Below are positions 1 to 8,922 of a DNA stretch of 64,000 nt, one piece after another. The stretch spans positions 72,589 through 136,588 of the forward strand of contig CAVYQN010000001.1 of assembly GCA_963770685.1 (NCBI GenBank), read 5' to 3'. The notes under the pieces are model-generated. The model made no database searches. It worked only from the letters and a program-made list of their open reading frames with translations, and was not told the DNA's origin. Numbering within the stretch: the stretch's first letter is position 1; the number at the start of each line of letters is the position of its first letter. Source of the DNA: Candidatus Krumholzibacteriia bacterium (GTDB lineage Bacteria; Krumholzibacteriota; Krumholzibacteriia; Krumholzibacteriales; Krumholzibacteriaceae). The position numbers were made by a program, and so were the translations under genes.

Positions 1-830
1 CCCACGATCGGGTCGATCGGCGTATAGCAGAATATGACCTGCCCGCGGTCGTTCTGCCCGAAATAGAAGTTCGTCGTCCTTCCTTCAGGACCCGGCCTCA
101 TGTCCACGATCAGCGGATCGAAGAACCTCTCCATCGGGGCCGATATCCCGGCCTCATGGCTCTCGGGAACCACGGGGATGTCGATCCCCGCCATCATCCC
201 GAGTTCCATCCCGAATGAGCCGGCGGCGTTGACGACGACATCCGAATAATATTCCCCCTTCGCCGTTCTTACTCCTTCTATCCTGCCGCTTTTTATCAGC
301 AGCCCCTTTACCGGCTCGTCGAACCTGTACTCCGCTCCCCTGTCCTTCGATTCCTGCCAGAAGGCCGCGGACATCTTCAGCGGGGATACCTGCCCGTCTC
401 CCGGGGAATAGGTGCCTCCCCTCAATCCATCCATCTTGATTCCGGGGATGAGACGCCCGATCTCTTCGGGCCCCACAAAATCTATGTCGAGCCCGAATTT
501 CTTCTGCCGCGGCAACAGGCTCCTGAGAGTTTTCTCGTCCGCCTCCGTATATACGGGATAACAGTACCCCCCCCTTATCCAGCCTATATCCGTGCCGTGC
601 TTCTCTTTCCAGGTCGAGAATATTTCGAGGCTCTGAAGGCAGAGGGTGATCTTCGCGGGGTCCGAATGGGTCGCCCTCACGCCGCCGATGGCGGCCTTGT
701 TCTGCCCCTGCCCCGCCGAATGGGCCGTGTCGAGCACGAGGACGCGCCATCCCTCGAGGGCGAGGAAGTAGGCGGTCGGGCACCCGACGCTTCCGGCTCC
801 GATGATTATCGCGTCGTACTTCCTGATCAT
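1..830 (-). CDS. FAD-dependent oxidoreductase, DAO / sarcosine-oxidase-beta-like small subunit (3' end cut by window edge)
   Basis: Absent from the ORF track because it runs off the edge. Hand translation from ATG 830-828 gives MIRKYDAIIIGAGSVGCPTAYFLALEGWRVLVLDTAHSAGQGQNKAAIGGVRATHSDP... (GxGxxG dinucleotide fold) and stays open to base 1. Its ATG overlaps the TGA of the upstream gene (ATGA at 827-830). Confidence 0.8.
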   Translation of the reverse strand, partial: MIRKYDAIIIGAGSVGCPTAYFLALEGWRVLVLDTAHSAGQGQNKAAIGGVRATHSDPAKITLCLQSLEIFSTWKEKHGTDIGWIRGGYCYPVYTEADEKTLRSLLPRQKKFGLDIDFVGPEEIGRLIPGIKMDGLRGGTYSPGDGQVSPLKMSAAFWQESKDRGAEYRFDEPVKGLLIKSGRIEGVRTAKGEYYSDVVVNAAGSFGMELGMMAGIDIPVVPESHEAGISAPMERFFDPLIVDMRPGPEGRTTNFYFGQNDRGQVIFCYTPIDPIV

Positions 831-2929
831 TCTTCCACGCCTTTTTTGACATTGGCGAAAAAGGACAGGGGAACCTCGGAGACGAAGGGCCTGCCCGTCG
901 GAAGCGTCACTTCCGAAGGATCCACGCCCTCGCTCCTGAAAAGGCGCAGTATCAGGTCCGTGCAGGTTTTTCCCCCGCACGCCCCCATGCCCGTCCTTAC
1001 CGTGGCCTTCAGGATGTTCATGTCCCTGACTCCCGCCCTGATCTGCGCGCGAACCTCGCCCGCCGTCACCCTTTCGCAGCGGCAGATCACGGTTTCGTCC
1101 GGCAGCGGCTCCCCGATGCCGTCCGTCTCCATCCCCTTCTCCTTCTCGAGAACGGTGAAGCCGGCCGCGAGGCATGCCTCGGCTTCGGGCACCTCGATGG
1201 AAACAAGGAGCCTTTTTTTATCGATGGGCGAATGCTTTATGGATACGATCCTGCCCTCTCCCAGCGGGTGGCCTTCCATGTCGACCGTATTCACGACGCT
1301 TCCTGCTTTGAGTTCACCCACGGGAAGTTCGAATGGAATCACCACAAGCGAGGCGCCTTTTTCCTCGTCATACCCGGGCCTGACCAGGGTTATGGCGAGG
1401 GCGGGACAGGCATCCACGCATTTAAGGCATCCGGTGCATTCCCCGCTGAAAACGGGTTGTCCCATTATCGATCCGCCGGGGATCGTTATGGAACATTTCT
1501 GGCAGGCATCCACGCACGGATTGCAGGGGATCTCCTCGACGCATCTTATGACGGGGAAAACGCGGCTGTTCTTGATCTCCGGCTCGAACGGGATCACGGC
1601 CCCGGGTTTGCTTCGCAGAATCTGCTGGGTCGTCTCCCATTCCTCCGGGATATCGACGTCCTTCCCAAGGTAACGCGCTATCCTTCGTCCCGTGATCCTG
1701 CCGCTGAATATGGCCGCCGAAGCCTCGGCGATCTCCTCGGAATCCCCGCAATTGAAACATTTGACACCGAATTTCTCCAGCTGCGTATACAACTCGTCCA
1801 CGGGGGAAAGTCCCACCGCCAGAAGCAGGGTGTCGACCTCGAAGCTCGTTTCGGTGCCGCTGACATGGTTGAAGGCCGCGTCGAGGCGGCAGATCGTGAT
1901 TCTTTCGAGTTTCCCGTCTCCTTCGGCCTTTAAAACGGTGTGAGATGTATATACCGGCACCCCCAGGCGCCTCAGCTTGTCGAGGTGGACCTTGTACCCT
2001 CCGCATTTGTCGAGCGCCTCCACCAGCCCGACGACCTTTATCCCGGCCTGGATGGCGTGATACCCGGCGATAAGCCCCACGTTGCCGCCGCCGACGATGA
2101 AGAGCCTTTCAGTCGGCCTTACGAGGTCCCTGTTGAGAAGGGTCTGGAAGGCGCCCGCCCCGTAAACGCCGGGCAGATCGCACCCGGGGAAGGCCAGAGT
2201 TTTTTCCCTGGCTCCGCAGGCTATCAGCACGACGCCCGGATCGACGAGAATATATTCCCTGCCGTCGTATATGCCGATCTTCCTGTCGAAAAAGACGCCG
2301 ACCGCCGTGGTGCCCGCAAGGACCCTGACGGAATCGAGTTTCTCCAGCTCGCCCGTGAGGATCTCCGCGATGCGGATTCCGCGAGTCCCCGCGTAGCAGT
2401 CGTCCCTGGAACCGAAAAAAGGATGCGTCTGAAGGGTCAGCTTGCCGCCGAGATCCTTCTTGTCGTCGACAAGAAGTGTGTCGATCCCGAGCCTGCCGAG
2501 CTCGATGGCGGCGTTGATTCCCGCCGGCCCCCCGCCTATGACGAGCACGTCGGTTTTAATTTCCCCGCAGCCAGAATAATCCGGTTTCTCGTCGTCCGCC
2601 GGCAGGGAAGGGTACCCGTCGCAACTCCTGATTTCCATCCCCTCCCGCAGGGCTGTCATGCATCCTTTTACCGGGAAGCCGCCCACTACGACCATGCACT
2701 GGCTGCACTGGCCGTTGACGCAGAATATTCCCTGCGGAGCGCCGTCTCTCTGGTGATGCCCGAAAACCCTGACCCCGTTGGCGTATAGAGCCGAAGTGAC
2801 CGGCTCTCCGTCGATACCGGACATCTTTTCACCGTTGAAAGTGAAATCGACCCTGTTTCTTTCCTCAATGGGTATGATCGGGTGTGCCTTCAGCCTGTAA
2901 TCGATTTTCTTCGGGGAATCTATATCCAA
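827..2929 (-). CDS. Multidomain FAD/NAD(P)-binding iron-sulfur oxidoreductase (large subunit of a proline/sarcosine/opine-type heteromeric amine dehydrogenase)
   Basis: 700-aa ORF with a TTG start. N-terminal 2Fe-2S-like segment (FCVNGQCSQCMVVV). Rossmann motifs VLVIGGGPAGINAA and FIVGGGNVGL. Two ferredoxin-type Cys clusters (CNPCVDACQKC, CTGCLKCVDACP). C-terminal BFD-like segment (CRCERVT...GACGGKTC). Confidence 0.75.
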   Translation of the reverse strand: MDIDSPKKIDYRLKAHPIIPIEERNRVDFTFNGEKMSGIDGEPVTSALYANGVRVFGHHQRDGAPQGIFCVNGQCSQCMVVVGGFPVKGCMTALREGMEIRSCDGYPSLPADDEKPDYSGCGEIKTDVLVIGGGPAGINAAIELGRLGIDTLLVDDKKDLGGKLTLQTHPFFGSRDDCYAGTRGIRIAEILTGELEKLDSVRVLAGTTAVGVFFDRKIGIYDGREYILVDPGVVLIACGAREKTLAFPGCDLPGVYGAGAFQTLLNRDLVRPTERLFIVGGGNVGLIAGYHAIQAGIKVVGLVEALDKCGGYKVHLDKLRRLGVPVYTSHTVLKAEGDGKLERITICRLDAAFNHVSGTETSFEVDTLLLAVGLSPVDELYTQLEKFGVKCFNCGDSEEIAEASAAIFSGRITGRRIARYLGKDVDIPEEWETTQQILRSKPGAVIPFEPEIKNSRVFPVIRCVEEIPCNPCVDACQKCSITIPGGSIMGQPVFSGECTGCLKCVDACPALAITLVRPGYDEEKGASLVVIPFELPVGELKAGSVVNTVDMEGHPLGEGRIVSIKHSPIDKKRLLVSIEVPEAEACLAAGFTVLEKEKGMETDGIGEPLPDETVICRCERVTAGEVRAQIRAGVRDMNILKATVRTGMGACGGKTCTDLILRLFRSEGVDPSEVTLPTGRPFVSEVPLSFFANVKKGVEE

Positions 2930-2939
2930 ACACCTCGTT

Positions 2940-4865
2940 CTACTGGGAGATAGTCAGCAGAACCTGATTCTTCTCCACCGATGTTCCAGGAGCCACCTTC
3001 AGCGACCTTATAACTCCATTGACGCTTGAGGTCAGGCTGTTCTGCATCTTCATGGCCTCGAGAATGACGAGCACATCCCCCTCCCTGACCGTGTCCCCCT
3101 CCTTGACTTCGTAACTGACAACCATCCCGGGCATCGGTGCGGTCAGGGTAAATTCGGACCCGTTCCTGTTGTCGCGCGCCGATTCTTCGGCCTTCTCGCC
3201 GGAATGTCTCTTCTCTTTGTCCCTTGTCACGATCGGAGCGGTGTCGCCGGTCGATCTTACCTTGGTCCTGCCACCCACTTCCTCCACATCGATATTGTAG
3301 TACTCCCCGCCGACGAAGACGTTGAATGTCCTTGCGCCCGGCCCTCTCTCGGGCTTCGGCGTCTTCAGGTTCACGGCGGCTTTGCCGCTACGAACCTGTT
3401 CGATGAACTCGTCTTCCTTCGCGACGTCCTCGAGGGTTATCGGCTTTACCTCCTGCGGAGGCTCCTCCAGGCCGTATTTCCACTTGAGAAATCTGAGGCC
3501 GGTCGTCGGATACATCGCGAATATAAGGACGTCCCTCTCGTTTTTCGCGATCCCCGAAACGGCTTCGCGCGCCTTCTCCATCTCCGGTTCGAGCATGTCC
3601 GCGGCACGGCACACGATCGGATTCTCCCCCCTCGGGTACCCCTTCAGGATCATTTTCTGAATCTTCGGGTCCATCGGCACGGGAGGTTTTCCGTACAGGC
3701 CGTACGCGTAATCCTTTATCTGTGCGCTTATCATCTTGTATCTGCCGAATAGCACGTTCTGAACTGATTGGATCCCGACTATCTGGCTAGTGGGGGTCAC
3801 GAGCGGCGGATACCCCATGTCCTTTCTCGTCCTGGGGAGCTCCTCGTAGACTTCCGCCAGCCTGTCGAGGGCTTCCGCCTCCTTTAGCTGGCTGACGAGG
3901 TTCGTGAGCATCCCGCCCGGTATCTGGTGCTCCAGCACGCCCGTATCTATCACGGACATGCTCGTGTTGTTGAGGAAACTACGGTATTTCGGCGCGATCT
4001 TCTCCAGATATTGCCCGAGCTCGAAAAGATTTTCCAGGTTGAGGCCCGTTTCTCTTTTCGTGCCCTTGAGCGCGGCGATGATCGGTTCGACCGCAGGTTC
4101 GGAAGAGCGAAGGCCGAACGGCGCGAGCGCGCAATCCAGGACATCCACCCCTGCCTCCACGGCCTTGAGGTAGGTCATCGAAGCCATCCCGCTGGTGTAA
4201 TGGCAGTGAAGCTGCAGCGGTATCTTCACATTCGACTTGATCGCGGTCACGAGTTCATAGGCGTCGTAGGGGTTCATCAGCCCGGCCATGTCCTTGACGC
4301 AGATGGAATCGGCGCCCATCTGCTCCAGGGTGCGGGCTTTTCCAACGAAGTACTCGAGGTTGAACACGTCGCCTCCGAGGCGGGGCTCGGTGAGCGAATA
4401 GGAGATCGTCCCCTGTATCTTTTTGCCTGTTTTACGTATGGCTTTGAAGGAAGCCTCGAAATTTCTCTCGTCGTTGAGGGCGTCGAATACCCTGAATATG
4501 TCTATCCCGGATTCGGCGGCGTGCGATACGAAGGCGTCTACGACGTCGTCGGCGTAATTTCTGTATCCGACGAGATTCTGGCCCCTTAGAAGCATCTGAA
4601 GAGGGGTCTTCCGGACCCTTTTCTTCATCTCTATGAGCCTGTCCCAGGGATCTTCATTGAGAAACCTGGTGGCCACGTCGAAGGTGGCGCCGCCCCAGAC
4701 CTCGAGGGAGTAGAATCCCACCTCGTCCATTTTCTCGCAGATCGGCAGCATGTCCTCTGTACGCATGCGCGTCGCGAGTGTGGACTGGTGCCCGTCCCTC
4801 AGTGTGGTGTCCGTTATCCTAACCGGTCCCTGTCCTGCCGCTGTGGTTTTACCAGCCATAATCAT
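2940..4865 (-). CDS. Biotin-dependent carboxyltransferase with fused biotin carrier domain (oxaloacetate decarboxylase alpha / pyruvate carboxylase subunit B type)
   Basis: 641-aa ORF. N-terminal carboxyltransferase signature ITDTTLRDGHQS. C-terminal biotinyl domain with EAMKMQN. Only 10 nt separate it from the next gene. Confidence 0.85.
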   Translation of the reverse strand: MIMAGKTTAAGQGPVRITDTTLRDGHQSTLATRMRTEDMLPICEKMDEVGFYSLEVWGGATFDVATRFLNEDPWDRLIEMKKRVRKTPLQMLLRGQNLVGYRNYADDVVDAFVSHAAESGIDIFRVFDALNDERNFEASFKAIRKTGKKIQGTISYSLTEPRLGGDVFNLEYFVGKARTLEQMGADSICVKDMAGLMNPYDAYELVTAIKSNVKIPLQLHCHYTSGMASMTYLKAVEAGVDVLDCALAPFGLRSSEPAVEPIIAALKGTKRETGLNLENLFELGQYLEKIAPKYRSFLNNTSMSVIDTGVLEHQIPGGMLTNLVSQLKEAEALDRLAEVYEELPRTRKDMGYPPLVTPTSQIVGIQSVQNVLFGRYKMISAQIKDYAYGLYGKPPVPMDPKIQKMILKGYPRGENPIVCRAADMLEPEMEKAREAVSGIAKNERDVLIFAMYPTTGLRFLKWKYGLEEPPQEVKPITLEDVAKEDEFIEQVRSGKAAVNLKTPKPERGPGARTFNVFVGGEYYNIDVEEVGGRTKVRSTGDTAPIVTRDKEKRHSGEKAEESARDNRNGSEFTLTAPMPGMVVSYEVKEGDTVREGDVLVILEAMKMQNSLTSSVNGVIRSLKVAPGTSVEKNQVLLTISQ

Positions 4866-4881
4866 CCTGTACAGGCGAACC

Positions 4882-5082
4882 TTATATCAGTGAAAATCTT
4901 CTCAGGCGGACCCTTGAGGGATTTCCTCTCACTGCGAGAGTCCTTTTGGTCATGGTTTCGCGCCGGGAACCCATCTTCCAGGGGCTGACCCTCTGGCCGA
5001 ATCGCTTGTCCGATTCATTGTTTTCGGTTTCAATATAAGCTTCAATGGCGGCCGAGATGGCGGCCATGAGATTGTTATCCAT
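4882..5082 (-). CDS. Small OadG-like protein (tentative)
   Basis: 66-aa ORF 16 nt upstream of the carboxyltransferase. The MAAISAAIEAYIE and SPWKMGSRRE motifs resemble, from memory, small decarboxylase gamma-like partners. No TM helix is present. SD GAGGGAGG lies upstream. Confidence 0.4.
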   Translation of the reverse strand: MDNNLMAAISAAIEAYIETENNESDKRFGQRVSPWKMGSRRETMTKRTLAVRGNPSRVRLRRFSLI

Positions 5083-5116
5083 CTTTCTGCCTCCCTCTCA
5101 CACTTTCACCGGCATT

Positions 5117-5146
5117 AAGATAATCCCGCTTTTTCCCGACTGTCAA
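5117..5146 (-). promoter_or_regulatory. Candidate sigma70-type promoter of the oadG-like/carboxyltransferase operon
   Basis: Minus strand reads TTGACA (5146-5141), 18-nt spacer, TATCTT (5122-5117), about 35 nt upstream of the ATG at 5082. Confidence 0.3.
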
Positions 5147-5164
5147 CAAGAATTACCTGACCGA

Positions 5165-5430
5165 AGGGGCCGGGCGCGGCGCAACCCTATTAACGGTAGC
5201 GGCTTCTGAGACCGCACCCCCCACGGTCTCGCGTCCCGCCCGGCTGGTCGCGCAGCATGCGCGGCGGCGGCAGGCCGCGATTCTCTCGTGTGGCGGGATG
5301 TACGCGTTATGATGCCGCCGGGTGAGAAGGCGATGCTCGTGGCGGGATGTAAAAATGCCCCGCCCGGATCTCCAGTGGTTGAGGGAGCCGAAGCAGGGGC
5401 CGCGCCCGGCGGTCCGGATGCCGCCGAAAA
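5165..5430 (-). other. GC-rich hairpin-dense non-coding region (candidate small RNA or REP-like hairpin cluster)
   Basis: No credible ORF; all frames are Arg/Pro/Gly-rich shadows. Five hairpins at 5407-5426, 5341-5365, 5292-5320, 5249-5263 and 5208-5230. Three share a GGCGG/CCGCC stem and a loop starting CAT. An 11-nt perfect long-range complement (5170-5180 with 5399-5409) encloses them. Confidence 0.3.
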
Positions 5431-5437
5431 AAACCGA

Positions 5438-5513
5438 TGGTGGGAAGGGAGGGAGTTGAACCCCCGACACACGGATTTTCAATCCGTTGCTCTACCGACT
5501 GAGCTACCTTCCC
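5438..5513 (-). tRNA. tRNA-Phe (anticodon GAA), CCA encoded
   Basis: Reverse complement is GGGAAGGTAGCTCAGTCGGTAGAGCAACGGATTGAAAATCCGTGTGTCGGGGGTTCAACTCCCTCCCTTCCCACCA. The 7-bp acceptor stem, D arm GCTC/GAGC, anticodon loop TTGAAAA and T arm with GTTCAAC were all folded by hand. Confidence 0.95.
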
Positions 5514-5573
5514 ACGCAGGGAAATTTCATTTATTTTAACGGCTTTGTCAACTGTTTCTTGCGGGATCGGGGT

Positions 5574-6245
5574 TTACGAGGGATTTTTAATCCCGGAATG
5601 TTCGACGTCGAGCATCTTCTTGCCGCCGACATATTCCTTCAGAACCGGCCTGGTGATCTTGCCCAGTCGCTCGGCGATCTCCTGGATCCTGGCGGTCTGC
5701 TTCTCTATCGTCTCCAGTTTCCTGATCATGTCGGGGCTGAGGTTGCCCTTGTCCATAAGCATCAGTTGCGTGTTCCCGAGAATCGAGCAAAGCGGATTGT
5801 TGATCTCGTGATTTATGCTTATGGCGGTTTCCGTTATCGCGGCGAGCCGCTCCGCTTCGAGCATCTTCGAATGAACCTCCCTTATTTCGCCGAGATCCGA
5901 AGCGACGAGCAGGAACCCGAAAAGCCTGCCCTCGCTGTCCATAAGGGAAGTCGCCTTCAATCTCACGGGTATTTCCCGGCCGTCCTTCGCGACGAGCCTC
6001 GTCATGTATCCATCCATCGACCAGGTCCCGCTGTTCCTCAACGTCCTGGTGATCATTTTTATCCGTCGGAGGGGAAGGATCGCGGTCACGCGCCTGCCGG
6101 CCACATCGCCCGGCGAATACCCGGTCAGGCGGCAGGCGGCCGCATTGAACATGATCACCCGGAATCTCATATCCAGGGATATGAGAGGAACCGGGGAACT
6201 GTCGAAAACCCTTTCCAGGTATTCAGTCTCTTGTCTCTGCTTCAT
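5574..6245 (-). CDS. PAS domain protein with HisKA/DHp domain but no catalytic ATPase domain
   Basis: 223-aa ORF. PAS-like N-terminal half, then H-box ISINHEINNPLCSILGNTQLM. The protein ends about 60 aa later. Only 60 nt remain before the tRNA, so there is no room for an HATPase domain. Confidence 0.75.
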   Translation of the reverse strand: MKQRQETEYLERVFDSSPVPLISLDMRFRVIMFNAAACRLTGYSPGDVAGRRVTAILPLRRIKMITRTLRNSGTWSMDGYMTRLVAKDGREIPVRLKATSLMDSEGRLFGFLLVASDLGEIREVHSKMLEAERLAAITETAISINHEINNPLCSILGNTQLMLMDKGNLSPDMIRKLETIEKQTARIQEIAERLGKITRPVLKEYVGGKKMLDVEHSGIKNPS

Positions 6246-6297
6246 ATGGCATCCCGCCCGGGCGCCGCCCGAATCCGGCGCGCCCCGGTCATCCGTT

Positions 6298-6711
6298 TCA
6301 GCGGACCTTCTCCTTCGCCCCGTCCTTCTTCAGATGGCTTGTTATTCTGTCCAGCAGGTCGTTCAGCTCGAACGGCTTGTACATGTATTCATCAGCCCTG
6401 GACCAGGTTGCGAGAAAATCCTCCCTCTCCGGGCTGTCCACCTTCCTCGCCGTCAGCACGAGAATTTTAAAGGGGGCGATCCTGCCCTCATCCATTTCCT
6501 GTTTGAGAATCCGGGAAACCTCGTATCCGTTTTTCCCCGGAAGCATGATATCGAGAAGCATCAGGTCGTAACCGGACTTGTGCACCTTTCTCAACGCGTG
6601 AAGCCCGTCGTAAGCGGCGTCAACGATGAATCCTCTCAGCTCGAGACTGTATTTTATCGTCTCGACTATATCCTCGTCATCCTCGACGATGAGGATCCTG
6701 TACTGATCCAT
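6298..6711 (-). CDS. Single-domain response regulator (REC only)
   Basis: 137-aa ORF. ILIVEDDEDI, phospho-acceptor context LMLLDIMLPGKNG, and a conserved K in YMYKPF. SD AAAGGAG upstream. Confidence 0.9.
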   Translation of the reverse strand: MDQYRILIVEDDEDIVETIKYSLELRGFIVDAAYDGLHALRKVHKSGYDLMLLDIMLPGKNGYEVSRILKQEMDEGRIAPFKILVLTARKVDSPEREDFLATWSRADEYMYKPFELNDLLDRITSHLKKDGAKEKVR

Positions 6712-6768
6712 CCTGTTTCTCCTTTCAATACGTTCATCTTTTCGACAGTCATATCCTCTATCGACTTT

Positions 6769-8922
6769 TCAAGCAGATCGGCGAAGGTTCTTCCGTCGCC
6801 GGGGCTTCGCGCCATGCCGATCCTCAGGGATCCTTCCTCCCCGTCGTCGACGAGGCGCAACCGCCCTCTCGTCCCTATTTCTGAAAAAGAACGGATCGTC
6901 CGCCCCGCCCATATTCCCCGACACCGCCAGCGCGCAATTTTCATTGACGGGCCAGAAGTAGAAGCCGTGGCCGTCGATCTCCCCGAAATCCGGTTCGACG
7001 ACCGGGCGCACAGCCCAGCCCGAAAGAAGATCGAGCCAGCATGCGCCGCCCTCTTTGGCGAAGACGAAGAGGGCCGGCGAATATCCCCTGTCGACAAGCT
7101 CATCCACAATCCTCCCGGCCGCCGCCAGCGTGATCATCGTCTCCCCGGTCATCCTGTCCGCCGCGAGGTGCAGGTCGACACGTCCCCCTCCGCCGTCATT
7201 CCTCCGGGCCGCCATCCTGCCGCCGTGCAATCCGACGAGGCGGTCCGCTATGTACAGGCCCAGTCCGTGCAGCGAGCCTCGTGCCACTCCTTCCGGATTC
7301 GTTTATCATCTCCATGACTCCGTCAGGCAGCCCCGGCCCGGAATCGGATACGCGCAAATCCACGAAAGCGAGCCCGTCGACGATCCTTTTCACAAGGCTC
7401 GCCGGCGCGTCTCCCGGAATGGTTCCGCCGGGAATCGCTTCAATCGATATCATCCCGCCGCCCGGAACGTGCTTGAGACTGTTCGACACGAGGTTCTGCA
7501 AAACCTGTTCCATCATCTCCCTGTCGACGAAAATACCCGAGGCGCCCTGATCGATACTTATGTCGAGATCGATATTCTTCCTGTAGATCGAATTCCTGAA
7601 CAGGATGACGGCGTCCTCGACGAATTCCCTGGTGTTCACCATGTCGGGCATCGCTTTTCGATCCTTCAACTTCAACGATGAGGCGTCCACGAGGCCGTTT
7701 ACGAGCACGTTCAGCCTGTCCAGGGTCCTCAGGGCGATTTTGATGAACCCGGTCCTTCCGGCGTCCTGCCGATCGCCTTTGTTCGACGGGCCCCCGCCCG
7801 CGCGGCCGGCTCGTCGAGCATGATCGAGAGGGAATTTTTCAGGGCGGTCATCGGCGTTCTCAGTTCGTGCGCGACCGTCGCCAGCAGGTCCTCCATGTCG
7901 TTTTCCCTCGCTTCGATTTCGCTGATATCCCTTATGAGAACGACTGATCCTATCTCCCTTGAGACCCTTTCGAGCCTGATCCAGTCGACCATCAGGGTTC
8001 CAGACGTCCCGTTCGAAGCGGCCAGTTTCCTCCCCGTCAGCGTCCTCCCGAGCGACCGGAACTCGTTCCAGACCCCTCCGAGATTGAACGGAGACACTCT
8101 TCTTATCTCATCCGGATCCTCGGGCAACGCCCCCTCTATCCGCAAGACCCGCGACATGGCGCGGTTTCCGAAGATAATCCTGCCGTCCCTCGAGACGAGG
8201 GCGCATGCAGCGGGGAACTGGCCGAGCGTCTCGCGCAGGATCGCGGTTTCGCCTCCGAGCATGTAAAGCAGGGGGTTCCGGACCTCGTCATCTTCGGCCA
8301 TGCCGTCGAATATTCTTATAATGTCGCGGGTGAACGCGTTTTCCCTTACGCTTCCGAAGAACAGGACGCCGCGCACCGCGGAATCGAAGGTGACGGGAAC
8401 AAGGAAGAAACTTTCGATCCTCGAATTCCCGACAAGGTACGTCATCTTCCTGGAGTCGTTCTTATAATAGACCTTCTCCCGGCTCATCCCTTCGGAGCCC
8501 TCGAGGTCGTTCGAGAACATTTTGTAAGCGGCCCTGAGCCTTTCATGTATCTCAGGGACGCGGTGGGAAAGCTCCCTGGAGTCGAGCATCACGTGCAGGA
8601 TGCTTTCGCCGGCTTCGGAGTAATAACAGCAGAATTCGGCCCGGCTGATCTCCATCATCTCACGAAGCGCGCCCTTAATCTTCGTCTCGTCTTTGGCCGC
8701 CGCAAGAAGCTCCATCTTCATGGACCGGCGGCCCATCGACGATTCCGAAAAGCCGCGCGAGCCGGCCGCGTCGGCGGGTATCGCCGGCGCGGCGATCGTC
8801 CGATCTTTAGCCTGCGTTTTTCTCGGCAGATCTTTGAGCTCTCCTGGGGACATTGATTCAGCTCCGGCATACAGGTTTCCGGTTGATAAAGGTTTACGCG
8901 TATCCTGAAGGGCAAACGGCAT
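6769..8922 (-). pseudogene. GAF/PAS sensor histidine kinase with interrupted reading frame (ORF-track fragments 7729-8922, 7196-7708, 6769-7287)
   Basis: Fragment 1 ends with H-box LLATVAHELRTPMTALKNS. A frame change in or near the C5 run at 7791-7795 restores ...FIKIALRTLDRLNVLVNGLVDASSLKL. Fragment 2 carries QVLQNLVSNSLKH and DSGPGLP. A second shift at 7288-7301 restores SLHGLGLYIADRLVGLHGGR. Sequence below about 7150 is unassigned (see findings). Could be an assembly indel or a true pseudogene. Confidence 0.75.

Noticed and set aside
154-852. A 232-aa minus-strand ORF and many other R/P/G-rich ORFs, for example 597-1673, 5487-6470, 6004-7317, 9176-10339, 24569-25240, 51242-52435 and 53697-54806.
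   Set aside because: All overlap well-supported genes in another frame or on the other strand. They have shadow-ORF composition and no recognisable motifs.
5083-5437. Whether the structured non-coding region is RNase P RNA, tmRNA, SRP RNA, 6S RNA or a second tRNA.
   Set aside because: It has no GAGGAAAGUCCGGGC-type RNase P core, no tRNA-like tmRNA ends, no SRP GGAA-tetraloop domain motif and no cloverleaf. A 6S-like long hairpin cannot be excluded but is not supported beyond one 11-bp closing helix. It is kept only as an unclassified candidate.
5083-5573. tRNA-Phe as a possible integration site for a genomic island.
   Set aside because: No integrase, no direct repeat of the tRNA 3' end and no mobile-element genes were seen on either side.
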